DNA from: Mobula hypostoma
Lineage: Eukaryota
Direction: 5' to 3'
NCBI RefSeq assembly: GCF_963921235.1
Contig: NC_086105.1
Coordinates: forward strand, 90,644,001-90,708,000
DNA length: 64,000 bases
Positions 25,003 to 39,047 of the stretch are shown here, piece after piece. How positions within the stretch are numbered: position 1 is the stretch's first letter; every line of letters starts with the position of its first letter. The notes beneath the pieces are model-generated. The model searched no databases and was not told the DNA's origin. It was given only the letters and a program-made list of their open reading frames with translations. The translations under genes were made by a program, and so were the position numbers.

Positions 25003-27968
25003 AGAGCTGTTGGGAGTGGTTCAAACTAAGATGGCAGAGGAATGGGAACCAGTATGATAGAGCTGAGGATGAGCCAGCCTGTTTACAAGTAGATGATATA
25101 ATATGTAATATAAATGTAAGGAAGGACAGCCAATGATTGTATACATCTGAGACAGAACAAAGAGTTAAGTTGCAATATTCATAAGGTCAAAGAATGCAGG
25201 ACTGAAGGTGCTTTGTTTAAACGCAAATAGCATTTGGAATAAAGTGGATGAACTCATGGTGCAATTAGAGATTGGCCAATATGATATTGGGGGCATCACT
25301 GAGTCATGGCTGAAAGAAGGTCATAGTTGGGAGCTTAATATCAAAGGATATCCTTTTTACCGGCAGGGCAGGCAGGAGGGCATACCTCTTGATAAGAGAT
25401 GGAATTACATTTTTATAAAGAGGTGACATAGGGTCAAAGGATGTTGAATCTTTGTGGGTGGAGTTAAGAAACTATTATGGGAATCATGTATAGGCCTCCA
25501 AGTATTAGCCAAGATGTGGGGGTAAGATTGCAAAGGGAGCTGGAAAAGGCATGTAATAAGGGTAATGACACAATTGTAATGAGGGACTTCAATATGCAAG
25601 CGGATTAGGAAAATCAAGTTGGTGTCGGAGTGCAAGAGGGGGAATTTGTTGAATGCCTACAAGATGGCTTTTTAGAGCAGCTTGTGCTTGAGCCTACTCG
25701 GGGAAAGTCTATCTTAGATTGGGTGTTGTGTAATAACCCAGATCTTATTAGTCAGCTTAATGTAAAGGAACCCTTGGGAGGCAATGATCATAATATGATT
25801 GAATTCATACTGCAATTTGAGAAGGAGAAGCCCAAATCACATCTATCAGTATTGCAATGGAATAAACGGAATTACAGAGGCATGAGAGTGGAGCTTGCCC
25901 AGGTGGATTGGAGGAGGATACTGGCAGGGATGACAGCAGAGCAGAGGTGACTGGCGTTTCTGGCAATAGTTCAGAAGGTGCAGGATAGGTACGTCCCACA
26001 GAAGAAGAAGTTATCAAATGGCAGGGCTAGGCAACTATGGCTGACAAGGGAAGTTATGAACTGCAAAAAGCCAAGGGAAGAGCATAAAAGGGAGCAAAAA
26101 TGAGTGGGAAACTGGATGATTAGGAAACTTTTAAAATCCAACAAAAGGCAATTAAATAAGCTATAAGAAGGGATAAGATGAAATATGAGGGCAAACTAGC
26201 CAATAATATGAAGCAGAATACAAAAAGATTTTTCAGTTATATCAAGAGTAAAAGGGAGGTGAGAGTTGATATTGGAACACTGGAAGATGATGCTGTTGAG
26301 GTAGTAATGGAGGACAAAAATGGCAAATGAACTTAATAAGTACTTTGCTTCAGTCTTTACTGTGGAAGACATTAGTTGTATGCCAGAGGTCCATGAGAGT
26401 CAGGGAGCAGGAGTGAGTGCCATTGCTATTACAAAGGAAAAATTGCTGGGCAAGCTAAAAGATCTTGAGATGGATGTCACCTGGACTAGAGTGTCTACAT
26501 CCCAGAATCCTGAATGAGGTTGCTGAAGAGATAACCTCATGATCTTTCAAGACTGGAAGGTTGCAATTATTGCTCCACTCTTTAAGAAGGGAGGAATGCA
26601 AGAGAAAGGAAATTATAGGCCAGTTAGCCTAACCTTAGTGGTTGAGAAAGTGTTGGAGTCTATTATTAAGGATGAGGGTTTGAGGTACTTGGAGACTAAC
26701 GACAAAATAAGTCAAAGTCAGCATGGTTTCTGTAAAGGGAAATCTTCTTGACAAGTAGCGAGCAGGGTGGATAAAGGAGAGATAGTGGATGTCATTTACT
26801 TGGATTTTCAGAAGGCATTTGATAAAGTGTCTCACATGAGGGTGCTTAACAAGATAAAATCCTATGGTGATACAGGATATATACTGGATAGAGGAATGGT
26901 TGAAAGACATGAGGCAGCAAGTGGGATTAATGGGGACCTTTTCTGGTTGGCTGCCAGTGGCTTATGGTGTTCCTCACGGGTTTGTATTGGGACTGCTATT
27001 TTTCACATTGTTTGTCTGTGACTTAGTGGAATTGATGGCTTTGTGATAAAGTTTGCAGATGATATGAAGATAGGTGGAGGGGTAGGTAGTGCTGAGGAAG
27101 CAATGCAATTGCAGCAAGACGTAGACAAATTGGAAGAATGGACAAAAAATTGGCAGATGGAATATAGAGTTGGGAAATGTATGTTTATGCATTTTGGTAA
27201 AAGGAACAACAGTGCAGACTATTATCTAAATGGGGAGGAAATTCAAAATCAGAGGTGCAGAGGGGCTTGGAAGTGCTTGTGTAAGACTCCCAGAAGGTTA
27301 ATTCACAGGTTGACTCTGTGGTAAAGAAGGCAATTGCAATGTTGGCATTTATTTTAAGGGGAATAGAATATAAAAGCAAATAGATAATGCTGAGGCTTTA
27401 TGAGACACTAGTCAGTCTGCACTTGGAGTATTGTCAACAGTTTTGTGCCCCTTATCTCAGAAAGGATATACTGTTATTGGAGAAGAGGAGGTTCACGAGG
27501 ATGATTCCAGAAATGAAGGGGTAAACATGTGAGGAGCATTTGGCAGTTTTGGGCCTGTACTCACTGTAATTTAGAAGAATGCATGGGGATTTAATCGAAA
27601 CCTACCAAATGTTGAAAGGACTAGACAGGGTGGATGTGGAGAGGATGTTTCCTATGGTGGATGTACCCAGAACTAGAGAGCACAGCCTCAAAATTGAGGG
27701 GCGACCTTTTAGAACAGAAGTAAGGAGGATTTTTTTAGCCCGAGAGTAGTGGATCCTGAAATGCTCTGCCACAGTCTGCGGTGGAGGCCAAGTCCGTGGG
27801 TATATTTAAAGCACAAGCTGATAGATTCCTGATTGGTCGGGCATCAAGGGATATGGTGAGAGGGCAAGTATATGGTGCTGAATGGGATCTGGGATCAGGC
27901 ATGATGAAAAGGCGAAGCAGACCCAGTGGGGTGAATGGCCTCATTCTTCTCCTATGTCTGATGGTCTT
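25003..27968 (+). mobile_element. Decayed near-full-length CR1 ORF2 (APE endonuclease plus RT)
   Basis: LNANSIWNKVDEL..GITESWL, ILDWVL..DHNMIEF, GNYRPVSLT, VIYLDFQKAFDKV, KFADDMKIGG; many stops and frameshifts. Confidence 0.9.
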
Positions 27969-27969
27969 C

Positions 27970-29412
27970 AGTCTGCTCCACCATTTTGTCATACCTGATC
28001 CAATTTTCCTCCTAGCCCCAATCTCCCGCCTTCTCCCCGCACCCCTTCAGACCCTAACCAATCAAAAATCTATCAACATTGCCTTAAATATGCATAAAGG
28101 TTTGGCCTCCACAGCTGCCTGTGGCAATAAATTTAGCAGATTAACCACTCTCTGTCTAAAGAAATTCCTCCTCATCGCCGTTCTAAAAAGGATGACCTTC
28201 TATTCTGAGGCTGTGTCCTCTAGTCCTAGACTCTCCCAACCTAGGAAACATACTCTCCACATCCACTCTATCAATGCCTTTCAACATTCGATAGGTTTCA
28301 ATTGGGTCATCCCTCATTCTTCTGAAATCCAGTGAATACAGGCCCAGAGCCATTAAACGCTTTTCATATGATAAGCCGCTCAATCCTAGAATCATTTTCA
28401 AACCCTTTTAACCCTCTCCAGTGTCAACACATCCTTTCTAAGATAAGGGGCACAAAACTTCTCACAGTATTCTAAATGAGTCTTCACCAGTGCTTTATAA
28501 AGCCTCAGCATTATACCCTTGCCTTTATATTCTAGTCCTCTTGAAATGAATGTTAACATCACATTTGCCTTCCTCATCATCGACTCAATCTGCAAATTAA
28601 CCTTTAGGGAATCCTACACAAGGACTCCCAAGTCCCTTTGCACCTCAGCATTTTGAATTTTCTCTCCATTTAGAAAATAGTCTACACTTTTATTTCTTCT
28701 TCCAAAGTGCATGACCATACACTTCCCAACACTGCATTCCATCTGCCACTTCTTTGCCAAATCTCTTAATCTAAGCCCTTCTGTAGCCTCCCTACTTCCT
28801 CAAAAAGACCTGCCCCTCCGCCTATCTTCATATCACTGCAATCTTTGCAACAAAACCATCAATTCCATCATCCAAATCATTGACATATAATGTAAAAAGA
28901 ATCAGTCCCAACACAAACCACTGTGGAACACTGCTAGTCACCAGTAGCCAACCGGAAAGTGCTCCATTTATTCCCACTCTTAGACTTCTGAGATCAGCCA
29001 CCACTGCTTTATCCATGCTAGTATCTTTCCATTAATACCATGGGCTCCTAACTTGTAAAGCAGCCTCATGTGCGGCTCCTTCTCAAAGACCTTCTGAAAA
29101 TCCAAGTTCACAACATCCACTTTGTCCTGCTTGTTATTTCTTTGAAGAATTCCAACAGATTTGTCAAGCAAGATTTTTCCTTGAGGAAACCATGCTGACT
29201 CTGTCCTATTTTATCACATGCCTCCAAGTACCCTGAAACTATATTCTTATCAATCGACTCCAACATCTTCCCAACCCCACTGAAGTCAGACAAAGTGGCC
29301 CACAGTTTCCTTTCTTCTGCTTCTCTTCCTTCCTGAAGAGTGGAGTGACATTTGTAACTTCCCAGTCTTCCAGAAACCATTCCAGAATCTAGTGATTCTT
29401 GAAAGATCATTA
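27970..29412 (-). mobile_element. CR1 RT 3' fragment, tail-to-tail with the preceding CR1
   Basis: SQHGFLKEKSCLTNLLEFF, LDFQKVFEK, LEYC...PYLRKDV. Confidence 0.85.
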
Positions 29413-29419
29413 TTAATCT

Positions 29420-29662
29420 TGGCCTTTCTGAAGTCCACAGTCAGTTCTTTCATCTTACTGACATTGAGTGCAAGGTTGTTACTGTGACACCACTCATCTT
29501 GCTGATATATCTCGTTCCTGTACGCCCTCTCGTCACCATCTGAAATTCTGACAACAATAGTTGTGTCATCAGCAAATTTATAGATGGTATTTGGGCTGTG
29601 CCTAGATGCACAGTCATTGGGTATAGTGAGAGTAGAGCAGTGGGCTAAGCACACATCCCTGA
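29420..29662 (-). mobile_element. Rex1 RT fragment
   Basis: NTIYKFADDTTIVVRISDGDERAYRNEI...NNLALNVSKMKEL. Confidence 0.8.
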
Positions 29663-30019
29663 GGTGAGGTAAATTACACCACAGTGTATAATGACTTCTT
29701 GCAGACAATTCTACAATTTTATTCCCTTTTGTAATTATCTTAATTTTACATTAAACACAATTATATAATATATAATAGCAATAAATATATAACTTTTGTA
29801 ATGTTCTCAACTGATACAATATTTTGTATAATTTCAGCATTATGTATAATTTAATGGTAAAATATTATGCACAATTCATCTGTAGTGTTGCATGTTATAC
29901 ATTATGGATATTGCATATTGAACACTACTATCTATTTCGGATTAAGGATTAACAATTTATACAGCATATAACATTTAGCACAGTTCTGCTAATATTCCGT
30001 TTCTTGTGCTATCCTGCCT

Positions 30020-30195
30020 TTCCCGCCGCTTGCAGGAAAGCAGTGACGTCACCGGAATTTTCATGAATGAAATCACGTGGACAAACAGCGACTGACGTCA
30101 GAGCTGGTTCCCGGAACTGGTGACCCGGTAAGAGCGCGTGTGGACCCTGTCGGCTGGTCAAGCGCGCACCGCTGGATGCGTGTTACAGCGAGGTA
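30020..30195 (+). promoter_or_regulatory. CpG-rich promoter and probable non-coding first exon (likely of MAFK)
   Basis: Two perfect CRE sites TGACGTCA (30044-30051, 30093-30100), ETS-like CCGGAA (30052-30057), E-box CACGTG (30074-30079), STAT-like TTCCCGGAA (30108-30116). Donors CCG|GTAAGA (30128) and GAG|GTAGGG (30193), followed by a G-rich intron start. Confidence 0.6.
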
Positions 30196-30689
30196 GGGAG
30201 GGGGTGAGGGATAGGAGAGGGTCTGAGAGGGAAGGCTAAAGCAGGTGGGAGGGACTATAGAGGTGGGGCGTAGGACGTGGAGGGAAAGTGGGTTGAGGCG
30301 GAAAGTGGTGGGATTATGGGCTGTGTTGGGGTGGAGGTTGCAGAGTGGGTTGAGGTAGATCGGAGAGCGGAGTGTACATGGGGATGGGAGGGAGGTGAAG
30401 GGACAATTAAACGTTGTTGATGCTAGGAATGGGATGGGGAAGCAGAAAATGCTTGGGGGACAAAATGGGTCTTTTGGCATTATGGAAAATGGGAATCCCT
30501 TCAGAAATAAATCCTTAAATATACACATAATTTTCAGTTCCTGGCACTGATAGCCCAGCGTGCATTTCCATCATCTATGTTGTACATAAATGCTAGTAAC
30601 TTGGGCAGTGTATTATGTATTCCACAATTTCCAATAAATTTCTACAGTGCGCTGAAGACAGCACAAATTCACAGAGGTACCTGCGGTAA

Positions 30690-30960
30690 CACCTGATCTG
30701 CAGCAGCCGCTGTCTCTCAACTTCAGTGACCCGGATTTAATGCTGACTCTTGATGCTGTCTATATGGAGTTTGTACACTGTCCCTGTCACCGTGGGGTTC
30801 CCTTGGTTAGTCCAGTCTTCTCCCACGTCCCAAAGATGAGTGGGTTGTTAGATTAATTAGCCACTGTAAGTTGCTTCTAGCGAAGGTTGATGGCTGGACT
30901 GGTGGGAACGTGGGGAGAGTAGATTACAGGAGAAATTGGATTGCTCTGTGGTATGAGAAA
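30690..30960 (+). mobile_element. V-SINE/HE1-like SINE (decayed)
   Basis: GGAGTTTGTAC...TCCCACGTCCCAAAGA...TTAATTAGCCACTGTAAGTTG V-domain-like text. Confidence 0.65.
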
Positions 30961-31404
30961 CCATAGTGTCTCAGATCAGTGTCTGTTCATCAGGACTGGG
31001 AAAGTCTCTCGCACTCCGTCAGCTCTGACAGAAGTGATCAGCCTGAAATGTTGATTTTGGTTTTCTTTCCACAGTTACTGCCTGACCTGAGTGCTTTCAT
31101 TTTATAGACAAGCAGAATTGTTCATTTAAAATATTGATATCAGTGTACTTTACAAGATATTACTTCGGTAACAGTTCAGAACTGTGAGTGACCCTTCATT
31201 TATTTTGTCCAGCTTGTTACCACCAGAAGTTGTCTGAAGTTCCATACTATTGGAACATGCCCACATGAATTGCCAACGTGCAGGGCTGGCTAGAAAGGGA
31301 ACAGATACCAGGAAATCATAAAAGTCAGATGCTAAATCTAAGTATTGGTATTTGGAGAGGCAAAGTCCAGCAGGTGATATCACCTCACTGTACGTCAGCA
31401 TAAG

Positions 31405-34400
31405 GTTTCAGAGACCTTGGAGGCACATGAGAAAATAGGCCAGAGCCAGCATGGTTTTCTGAAGGGACATTCTTGCCTGACAGACCTGTTGGAATTCTTT
31501 GAGGAAGTAACAGGCAGGATAGACAAAGGAGAGTCAGTGAATGTTGTTTACTTGGATTTTTCGAAGGCTGTTGACGTAGTGCCACACCTGAGGCTGCTGA
31601 ACAAGATAAGAGCCCATGGTTATACATGGAAGACAGCAGCATGACTGGGAGAAAGCAGAGGAGAATAGAGGGGGTTTTTCCTGGTTGGCTGCTGGTGATT
31701 AGTTGTGTTTCGCAGAATTTGGTGTTAAGTCTGCTACTTTTCACATTTTATGTTAATAATGTGGATGATGGAATTGGTGGTTTTGTGGCTAAGTCTGTGG
31801 ACGATGTGAAGATAGGCAAATGGGCAGGTAGTGTCACGGAAGCAGAAGGGACTCCTTTGGGGCAGATGAGGCCTGTACAAAAGGGACAGGTTGCTCTTGA
31901 TCCGAGCGGACCAATATTCTTGCGGGAAGGTTTACAAGAGCTGTTGGGAGTGGCTTAAATAATATGGTGGGGGGATGGGAGCGCGGGGTGAGCCAGCAGG
32001 TTTACAAGTACTTGATGGATGTTACATGAATGTAAGGAAGGACAAGCAAATGATTGGGTGCAAATACAGATAGAGCGAAGAGTTAAGTTGTACCACAGTG
32101 GCAAATTTCAAAAGGCCAAAGAATGCAGGACTGAAGTTGCTGTATTTAAACGCACGTAGCATTCAGAGTAAAGTGACAAACTTGTGGCGCAATTAGAGAT
32201 TGGTTGGTATGATGTTGTGGGTGTCACTGAGTTGTGGCTGAAAGAGGGCCATAGTTGGGAGCTTAGCATCAAAGGTATAATTTGTATTGAAAGGACAGGC
32301 AGGAAGGCACAGGCGGTGATGTGGTTCTGTTGGTAAGAGATAGAATTACATCTTTAGAAAGAGGTGACATAGGGCCAGACAATGTTCAATCTTTGCGGGT
32401 CAAGTTCAGAAATTGCAAGGGTAAAAACACTCATTATGGGCAACATATATAGGCCTCCAAATAGTAGCTGAGATGTGGGGTTGAGATTGCAAAGGGAGCT
32501 GGAAAAGACATGTAATAAGGGTAACGTCACAATTGTAATGAGGGACTTCAGTAAACAAGGGGATTGGGAAAATCAGGTTGGAGTCGGATCGCAAGACAGG
32601 GAATTTGTTGAATGCCTATGAGATGGGCTTTTGCTTGAGCCGACTCAGGGAAAGGCTATCTTCGATTGAGTGTTGTGTAAAAACCCAGATCTTATTAGTC
32701 AGCTTAATGTAACGGAGGCTTAAGGTAGAAAAAATGCATGGGAGTTTGGATGATTGGGAAGCTTTTAAAATTTAACAAAAAGCAGCTAAAAAAAAAGCTT
32801 TAAGAAGGGAAAAATTGAAATATGAGGGCAAACTAACCCATGATATAAAGCAGGATACTAAAAGTTTTTTCAGTTATATAAAATGTAAAAGGGAGATGAG
32901 AGTTGATATGGACCATTGGAAAATGATGCTGGTGAGGTAGTAATGGGGGCAAAGAAATAGCAGATGAACTTAATGAGTACTTTGCATCTGTGTTCACTGT
33001 GGAAGACACCAGCAGTGTGCCAGAGGTCCGTGAATGTCAGGGAGTAGGAGCAAGTGCCATTGCTGTTACAAAGGAGAAGGTGTCAGGGAAGCTGAAAGCT
33101 CTTAGGGTGAATCAGGTCACTTGATTCTAGCGTGGTCCCAGGGGATTGGAAAATTGCAAATGTCACTCCACTCTTTAAGAAGGGAGGAAGGCAAAAGAAA
33201 GGAAATTTCAGGCCAGTTAGCCTAACCTCAGTGGTTGGGAAAGTTTTGGAGTCTATTATTAAGGATGAGGTTTCAGGGTACTTGGAGACTAATGATAAAA
33301 TAAGTCAAAGTCAGCGTGGTTTATGTAAAGGGAAATCTTGCCTAACACATCGGTTAGAGTTCTTTGAGGAAGTAACAAGTATCGTGGAAAAAGGAGAGGC
33401 AGTGGATGTCATTTACTTGGAATTTCAGAAGGCACTGGATAAGGTGCCAAACATGAAGCTGCTTAACAAGATAACAGACAGGAGGCAGCGAGTGGGAATA
33501 AAGGGAACCTTTTCTGATTGGCTGCTAGTGACTAATGGTGTTCCTCAGGGGTCAGTATTGGGACAGCTACTTTTCATATTGTTGGTCAATGATTCGGATA
33601 ATGGAATTGATGACTTTGTGGCTCAGTTTGCGAATGATACAAAGATAGGTGGAGGGGCAGGCAGTGTTGAGGAAGCAGTGCAATTGCAGCAGGACTTAGA
33701 CAAACTGGAAGAATGAGCAAAAAAGTGGTAGATGGAATACAGTGTTGGGAAATGCATGATTATGCATTTTGGTAAAAGGAACAATAATATGGACTATTAT
33801 CTCAATACGGAGAAGGTTCAAACAACAGGAGTACAGAGGGACTTTGGAGTCCTCGTGCAAGACTCATGGAAGGTTAATTTACAGGTTGAGTCTGTGGTAA
33901 AAGAGGCAAATGTGATGTTGGCACTTATACTTTATTGTTGCCAAACAATTGATACTAGAATGTACAATCATCACAGCGATATTTGATTCTGCGCTTCTCA
34001 CTCCCTGGATTACAAATTGATAGTAAATATTAAAAATTTAAATTATAAATCATAAATAGAAAATAGAAAAATGGAAAGTAAGGAAGTGCAAAAAAACCGA
34101 GGGGCAGGTCCAGATATTTGGAGGGTACGGCCCAGATCCGGGTCAGGATCTATTCAGCAGTCTTATCACAGTTGGAAAGAAGCTGTTCCCAAATCTGGCC
34201 GTACGAGTCTTCAAGCTCCTGAGCCTTCTCCCGGAGGGAAGAGGGACGAAAAGTGTGTTGGCTGGGTGGGTCGTGTCCTTGATTATCCTGGCAGTACTAC
34301 TCCGACAGCGTGCGGTGTAAAGTGAGTCCAAGGACGGAAGATTGGTTTGTGTGATATTCTGCGCCATGTTCATGATCTTCTGCAGCTTCTTCCAGTCTTG

Positions 34401-35152
34401 GACAGGACAACTTCCATACCAGGTTGTGATGCATCCTAGAAGTATGCTTTCTACGGTGCATCTATAAAAATTAGTGAGGGTTTTAGGGGAAAGGCCAAAT
34501 TTCTTTAGTTTTCTCAGGAAGTAAAGGTGCTGGTGGGCCTTCTTGGCAGTGAAGCAAGGAGATAATGCTGAGGCTTTATAAGACACTAGTCAGGCTGCAC
34601 TTGGAGTATTGTCAACAGTTTTGGGCTCCATATCTCAGAAAGGATGTGTTGTCATTAACGAGAGTCCAGAGGAGGTTCACAAGGCTGATTCTGGGAATGA
34701 AAGGGTTAACATATGAGGAGCATTTGGCAGCTTTGGGCCTGTACTCACTGGAATTTAGAAGAATGCGTGGGGATCTCATTGAAACCTACTGAATGTTGAA
34801 TGTACTGGATAAGGTTGATGTGGAGAGGATGTTTCCTATGGTGGGGATATCCAGAACTAGAGGGTACCTTCAAAACTGACGGGCGACCTTTTAGAACAGA
34901 GGTAAGGAGGAATTTTTTTAGCCAGAGAATAGTAAATCTGTGGAATGCTCTACCACAGACTGCGGTGGAGGCCACGGCCGTGAGTATATTTAAGGCGGAA
35001 GTTGATTGTTTCCTGATCAGTCAGGGCATCAAATGATATTGCAAGAAGGCAGGTGTATGGGGTTGAGTGGGATCTGGAATCAGCCATGATGGAATGGCGG
35101 AACAGACTCGATGGGCTGAATGGCCTAACTACTCGTATGTCTTATGGTCTTA
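31405..35152 (+). mobile_element. CR1 copies: fragment 31405-31850 and a long decayed copy ~31880-35152, interrupted by Rex1
   Basis: ORF 33132-33716 WKIANVTPLFKKG...NFRPVSLTSVVGK...GVPQGSVLG; endonuclease remnants at 32140-32700. Confidence 0.9.
33926..34552 (-). mobile_element. Young Rex1 3' fragment nested in CR1; a related tail lies at 44279-44592
   Basis: Open frame KKAHQHLYFLRKLKKFGLSPKTLTNFYRCTVESIL...ARFGNSFFPTVIRLLN. Confidence 0.9.
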
Positions 35153-37127
35153 GGAGAACAGGCAAAGAAGTGGCTGATTGAGAACAGTGTAGGGAAGTGT
35201 ATGGTCATGCACTTGGGTAAAAGGATTAGAAGCACAAACTATTCTCTAAATGGGGAGTGAATTCAGAAATTCAGAAGTTCAAGTTGAGTTGGGAGTCCGA
35301 CTGCAGGATTTCCTAAGGCTAGTTTGCTGGTTGAGTCTGTGGTGAGGAAGGCAAATGCAATGTTAGCATTCATTTCAAGAGGAGTAGATGATAAAAACGA
35401 GGATGTAAAGTTGAGGCTTTATAAGGCATTATTCAGATCACATTTGTGGTACTGTTTGCAGTTTTGGGCTTCTTGTTTAAAAAAAGGATGCTGGCCTTGA
35501 GAATAGTACTGAGAAGGAAAGGTTGAACATAAAGAACATTTGATTGCACTCACTGAAGTTTAGAATAATGAGCAGGGGTCTCATTGAAACTTACAGAATA
35601 TTGAAAGGCCTTTATAGAGTGGACGTGGAGAGGTTGTTTCCGATAGTGGGAGAGCCTAGGACCGGAGGACAGCCTGAGAACAGAAGGATGTCCTTTTAGA
35701 ACAGAGATGAGGTAGAATTTCTTCAGCCAGCAGCGGGTGGTGAATCTGTGGAATTCATTGCCAAAGTTGTCTATGGAGGCCAAGTCATTGGGCATATTCA
35801 AAGCAGTGATTGATAGGTTCTTGATTAATAAGGGTGTCAAAAGTTACGGGGAGAATTCAGGAGAATGGGGTCGAGGGGGAAATGAGTCAGCCATAATGAA
35901 ATGGTGGAACAGACTTGATGGGCCAAATGGCCTAGTTCTGCTCTTATGTCTTATGGTTATGCTACTTACTAACCCATCTATTTTGTGTCATCACCAAATA
36001 TGGCTACTGTACACTCAGCTCCTCCCTCTGTAAATTACATTATTATAAATACTCGAGGGCCCAACACTGACTCCTGCCGCATCCTACTGGTTATCAATCC
36101 AAAAATGACTCATTTATCACAGCCATGTTTTGAGTTACTTAGCCAATCCACAGTACATACAATATATTTCCCCAGATTCAGGACTCTTACATGTGCTGTA
36201 ACCTTGTATGTGGCATTTGTTAGATTGTACCAACAGCTTTTTTGCCATATTGGTAACCTTCATCTCCAACCCATCATAGTTGCTGAGTTGTTTTCTCCAT
36301 GCTCTTCCTTCTCTATAGTTTGGATCACTTTTCTCACTCTTCCGGTTTTGACTGAAGATCATTGCCATATTAACTCTGTTTCTTTCTCCACGGATATCAT
36401 CTGACCTGATCTGTGTCTCCAGCATTTTGCATTTATTTCAGATTTCCAGCAACCCCAGTTTTTGCTTTTTCACTTCAGAAAAACAAATAAATCAAGCCAT
36501 GAAGACTACACTTTCTAGGGACTTAGATGTGTTAAGAGGGTATGAAGAGATTTATTGAAAAGCAAATCCTTCACACAACGTGAACTTCATTGTTCTGTGG
36601 ATGGGGACGGGAACTCGTATTTCTTTGAAGAGATCAATTTCCCTTCTTTATCTCTACTTGGGGGTTCAGGGCAAATGACCAACGATTTAGATAGAATTCC
36701 AGAGTTTGCAAGTATTGAATCAATTCTATTCAAGTTTAATTGTCATTCAATCTTACATGAATACTCATGAATAAAGTGAAATGAGAAAGCGTTACTCCAG
36801 GGCCAAGGTGCAAAACACAGTACCAATAGTCACACACAGCACAAAGGACACGTAGCATATTCAGGATAGCAAGCACATGTGAGACAAAGGTGGTCAAATA
36901 TCCACAAGGACATAGTTGGAGGAGCATTTGGATCTGAGGATGGCTGAAAAGGGTCTAGTGATAGAGATATCTGAAATCAAAACAACACTGGAAATACTCC
37001 AGCAGACCAGGCAGCTTTTGTTAAGGGAGAAAGACAGCTAACATTTCATTTTTAGCAATAATAGGCAATCAAGTAATTAAATATCAAGCATGCATTGGAA
37101 CTAGGCACTCCTAGGAAACAAACATTA

Positions 37128-37790
37128 GATTATGAGAACACTCAGTCCTCTTTTATTGTCATTTAGAAATGCATACATGCATTAAGAAATGATACAATGT
37201 TTCTCCGGCGTGATATCACAGAAAACAAGACAGACCAAAGACTAACACTGACGGAACCACATAATTCTAACATATAGTTACAGCAATGCAAAGCAATACC
37301 ATAATTTGATGAAGAACAGTCCACAGGCACAGTAAAAAAAAATAGTCTCAATATCCCGAGTCCCCGATAGCGGCAGCAAAAGGGAGAAACTCCCTGCCAT
37401 AAACCTCCAGGCACCGTCAACTTGCCGATACCTTGGAAGCAGCCGACCACAGCCAACCCTGAGTCCATCCGTCCGAAAACTCTTGAGCTTCCGAGCAGCC
37501 TCTCTGATACCGCCTCCCAAGCGCCATCCTCTGTCGAGCGCCTTCAACCTCTCCCCCGGCTGCTGAAACACGCAAAGCCAAGGATTTCGAGGCCCTCAGC
37601 TCTAGAGATTCCGGTTACCACACAGTAGCAGCGGTAGCAAAGCAGACATTTCAGAAGTTTTCCAGATGTTCTGCTGTGCACTCACGTCTGTCTCCATCAA
37701 ATCAGAACTGCGCACGGTCCCCTACTTGACAGATTACAGATATCAATCACCGGAGAGGCTGCGCGTGCTGCCGTCGCGCCGCCATCTTGA
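37128..37790 (-). mobile_element. Non-autonomous LINE-derived element (GC-rich 5' end, Rex1/L2-like 3' tail)
   Basis: Minus strand starts CAAGATGGCGGCGCG and ends ...GCATTTCTAAATGACAATAAAAGAGG...(TCTAA); no ORF. Confidence 0.55.
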
Positions 37791-38674
37791 CTTAGTGCAA
37801 ATAATCATGAATTGCAGAGAAAGTGGAGTGGTGGAGACCAAAAGAAAAGAGATTTGCGTTGATTGAGAGTGAAGGAAGCTTGTTAATGCAGCTCATCTGT
37901 CTTTGGGAGGAGTAAATAGTGGGAAAACAGGAACGAGAAACAATATGTGCTGAACTGTGAGATGCAGACACTCTTGTTACTGGAAATCTTTTATTAAAGA
38001 GAGTGCTGTGGGTTGGGCAGCATCTGTGGAGAGAGAAAAACCAGGTTACATCACAACAGGGCAGGGACTGAAAAGGAAAAAAGTTTAAATGCTGGAAAAC
38101 TGAAACAAAGGTAAGAATGCTGGGCACAGTCAACACCTCACACACTGGGAGGTTACCAACTACACCTCGTCCCCACAGAGACATACAATGTGGAAACAGG
38201 CCTTTTGGCCTACTGACCATCGCATTGTCTACACTAATGCCATTTTATTCTGCCCGTTTTAGCTTTAACTCGTACCGCTTACATTTTCCCCAAAGATTCA
38301 CACAAGTTGCACTCCAATCTCCTGATATTGGACTAAAGTTCTGACACAGGCTGGCTACCTAGAATTGTCAAATTCAGTTTAATGTTGAGTCTGAGAGTTG
38401 TAGCTCACACAGATGGAAACTGTGTCGTTCTGAAGCTTACACTGGGCGTTGTTGGAACAGCAGAAGGGTCAGAGATAGGCTGGGTTGTTGAAGGAGGTAA
38501 CGTTAGAAAGGATGATACATTGAATATGGAGGCTGTAGGATGGAAAGTTAGGATCAATCTTTACTGTGGGTATGAAGAGAGATGAAAGTAAAAGTGTGAA
38601 AAATGGAAATTTGTATTAGTAGCTGCAGCTGGATATTGCTACTCGTGAAGGACTGAACATACGAGCTAGGGACA

Positions 38675-39047
38675 GAGCAACACACACAAAATGCCAGGGA
38701 AATTCAGCAGGCCAGGCAGCATCTACTTAAATAAACAGTCAACATTTCAGCCCAAACCCCTTCTTCAGGACTGAGACGGAAGGGGGAAGGTGCAAGGATA
38801 AAAGGGTGGGGGGAGGGGAAGGCGACAAGCTGGAACATGTTAGGTGAAGCCAGGTGAGTAGGAAAGATAAGGGGCTGGGTAGAAGGGAAGAGTGGACCAA
38901 AGGAGAAGGGGACCCAGGGGGAGGTGATAGGCAGCCCTGGAGAAGAGTCTCGGCCCAAAACGTTTATTCATTTCAGGCTGACACCCTTCAGGTCTGCCTA
39001 TCTCCTCCCCCTGGGTCCCCTCTTTCCCACCCACTTGGCTTCACCTG
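38675..39047. mobile_element. Decayed PLE 3' end with fold-back
   Basis: Minus PLE end with hammerhead remnant (CCCTTCTTCAGGACTG); internal inverted segments GGGGACCCAGGGGGAGGTGATAGGCAG / CTGCCTATCTCCTCCCCCTGGGTCCCC. Confidence 0.65.

Noticed and set aside
25003-35152. Tandem segmental duplication of the two long CR1 copies
   Set aside because: They have different 5' ends and different internal deletions, which fits independent insertions of one family.
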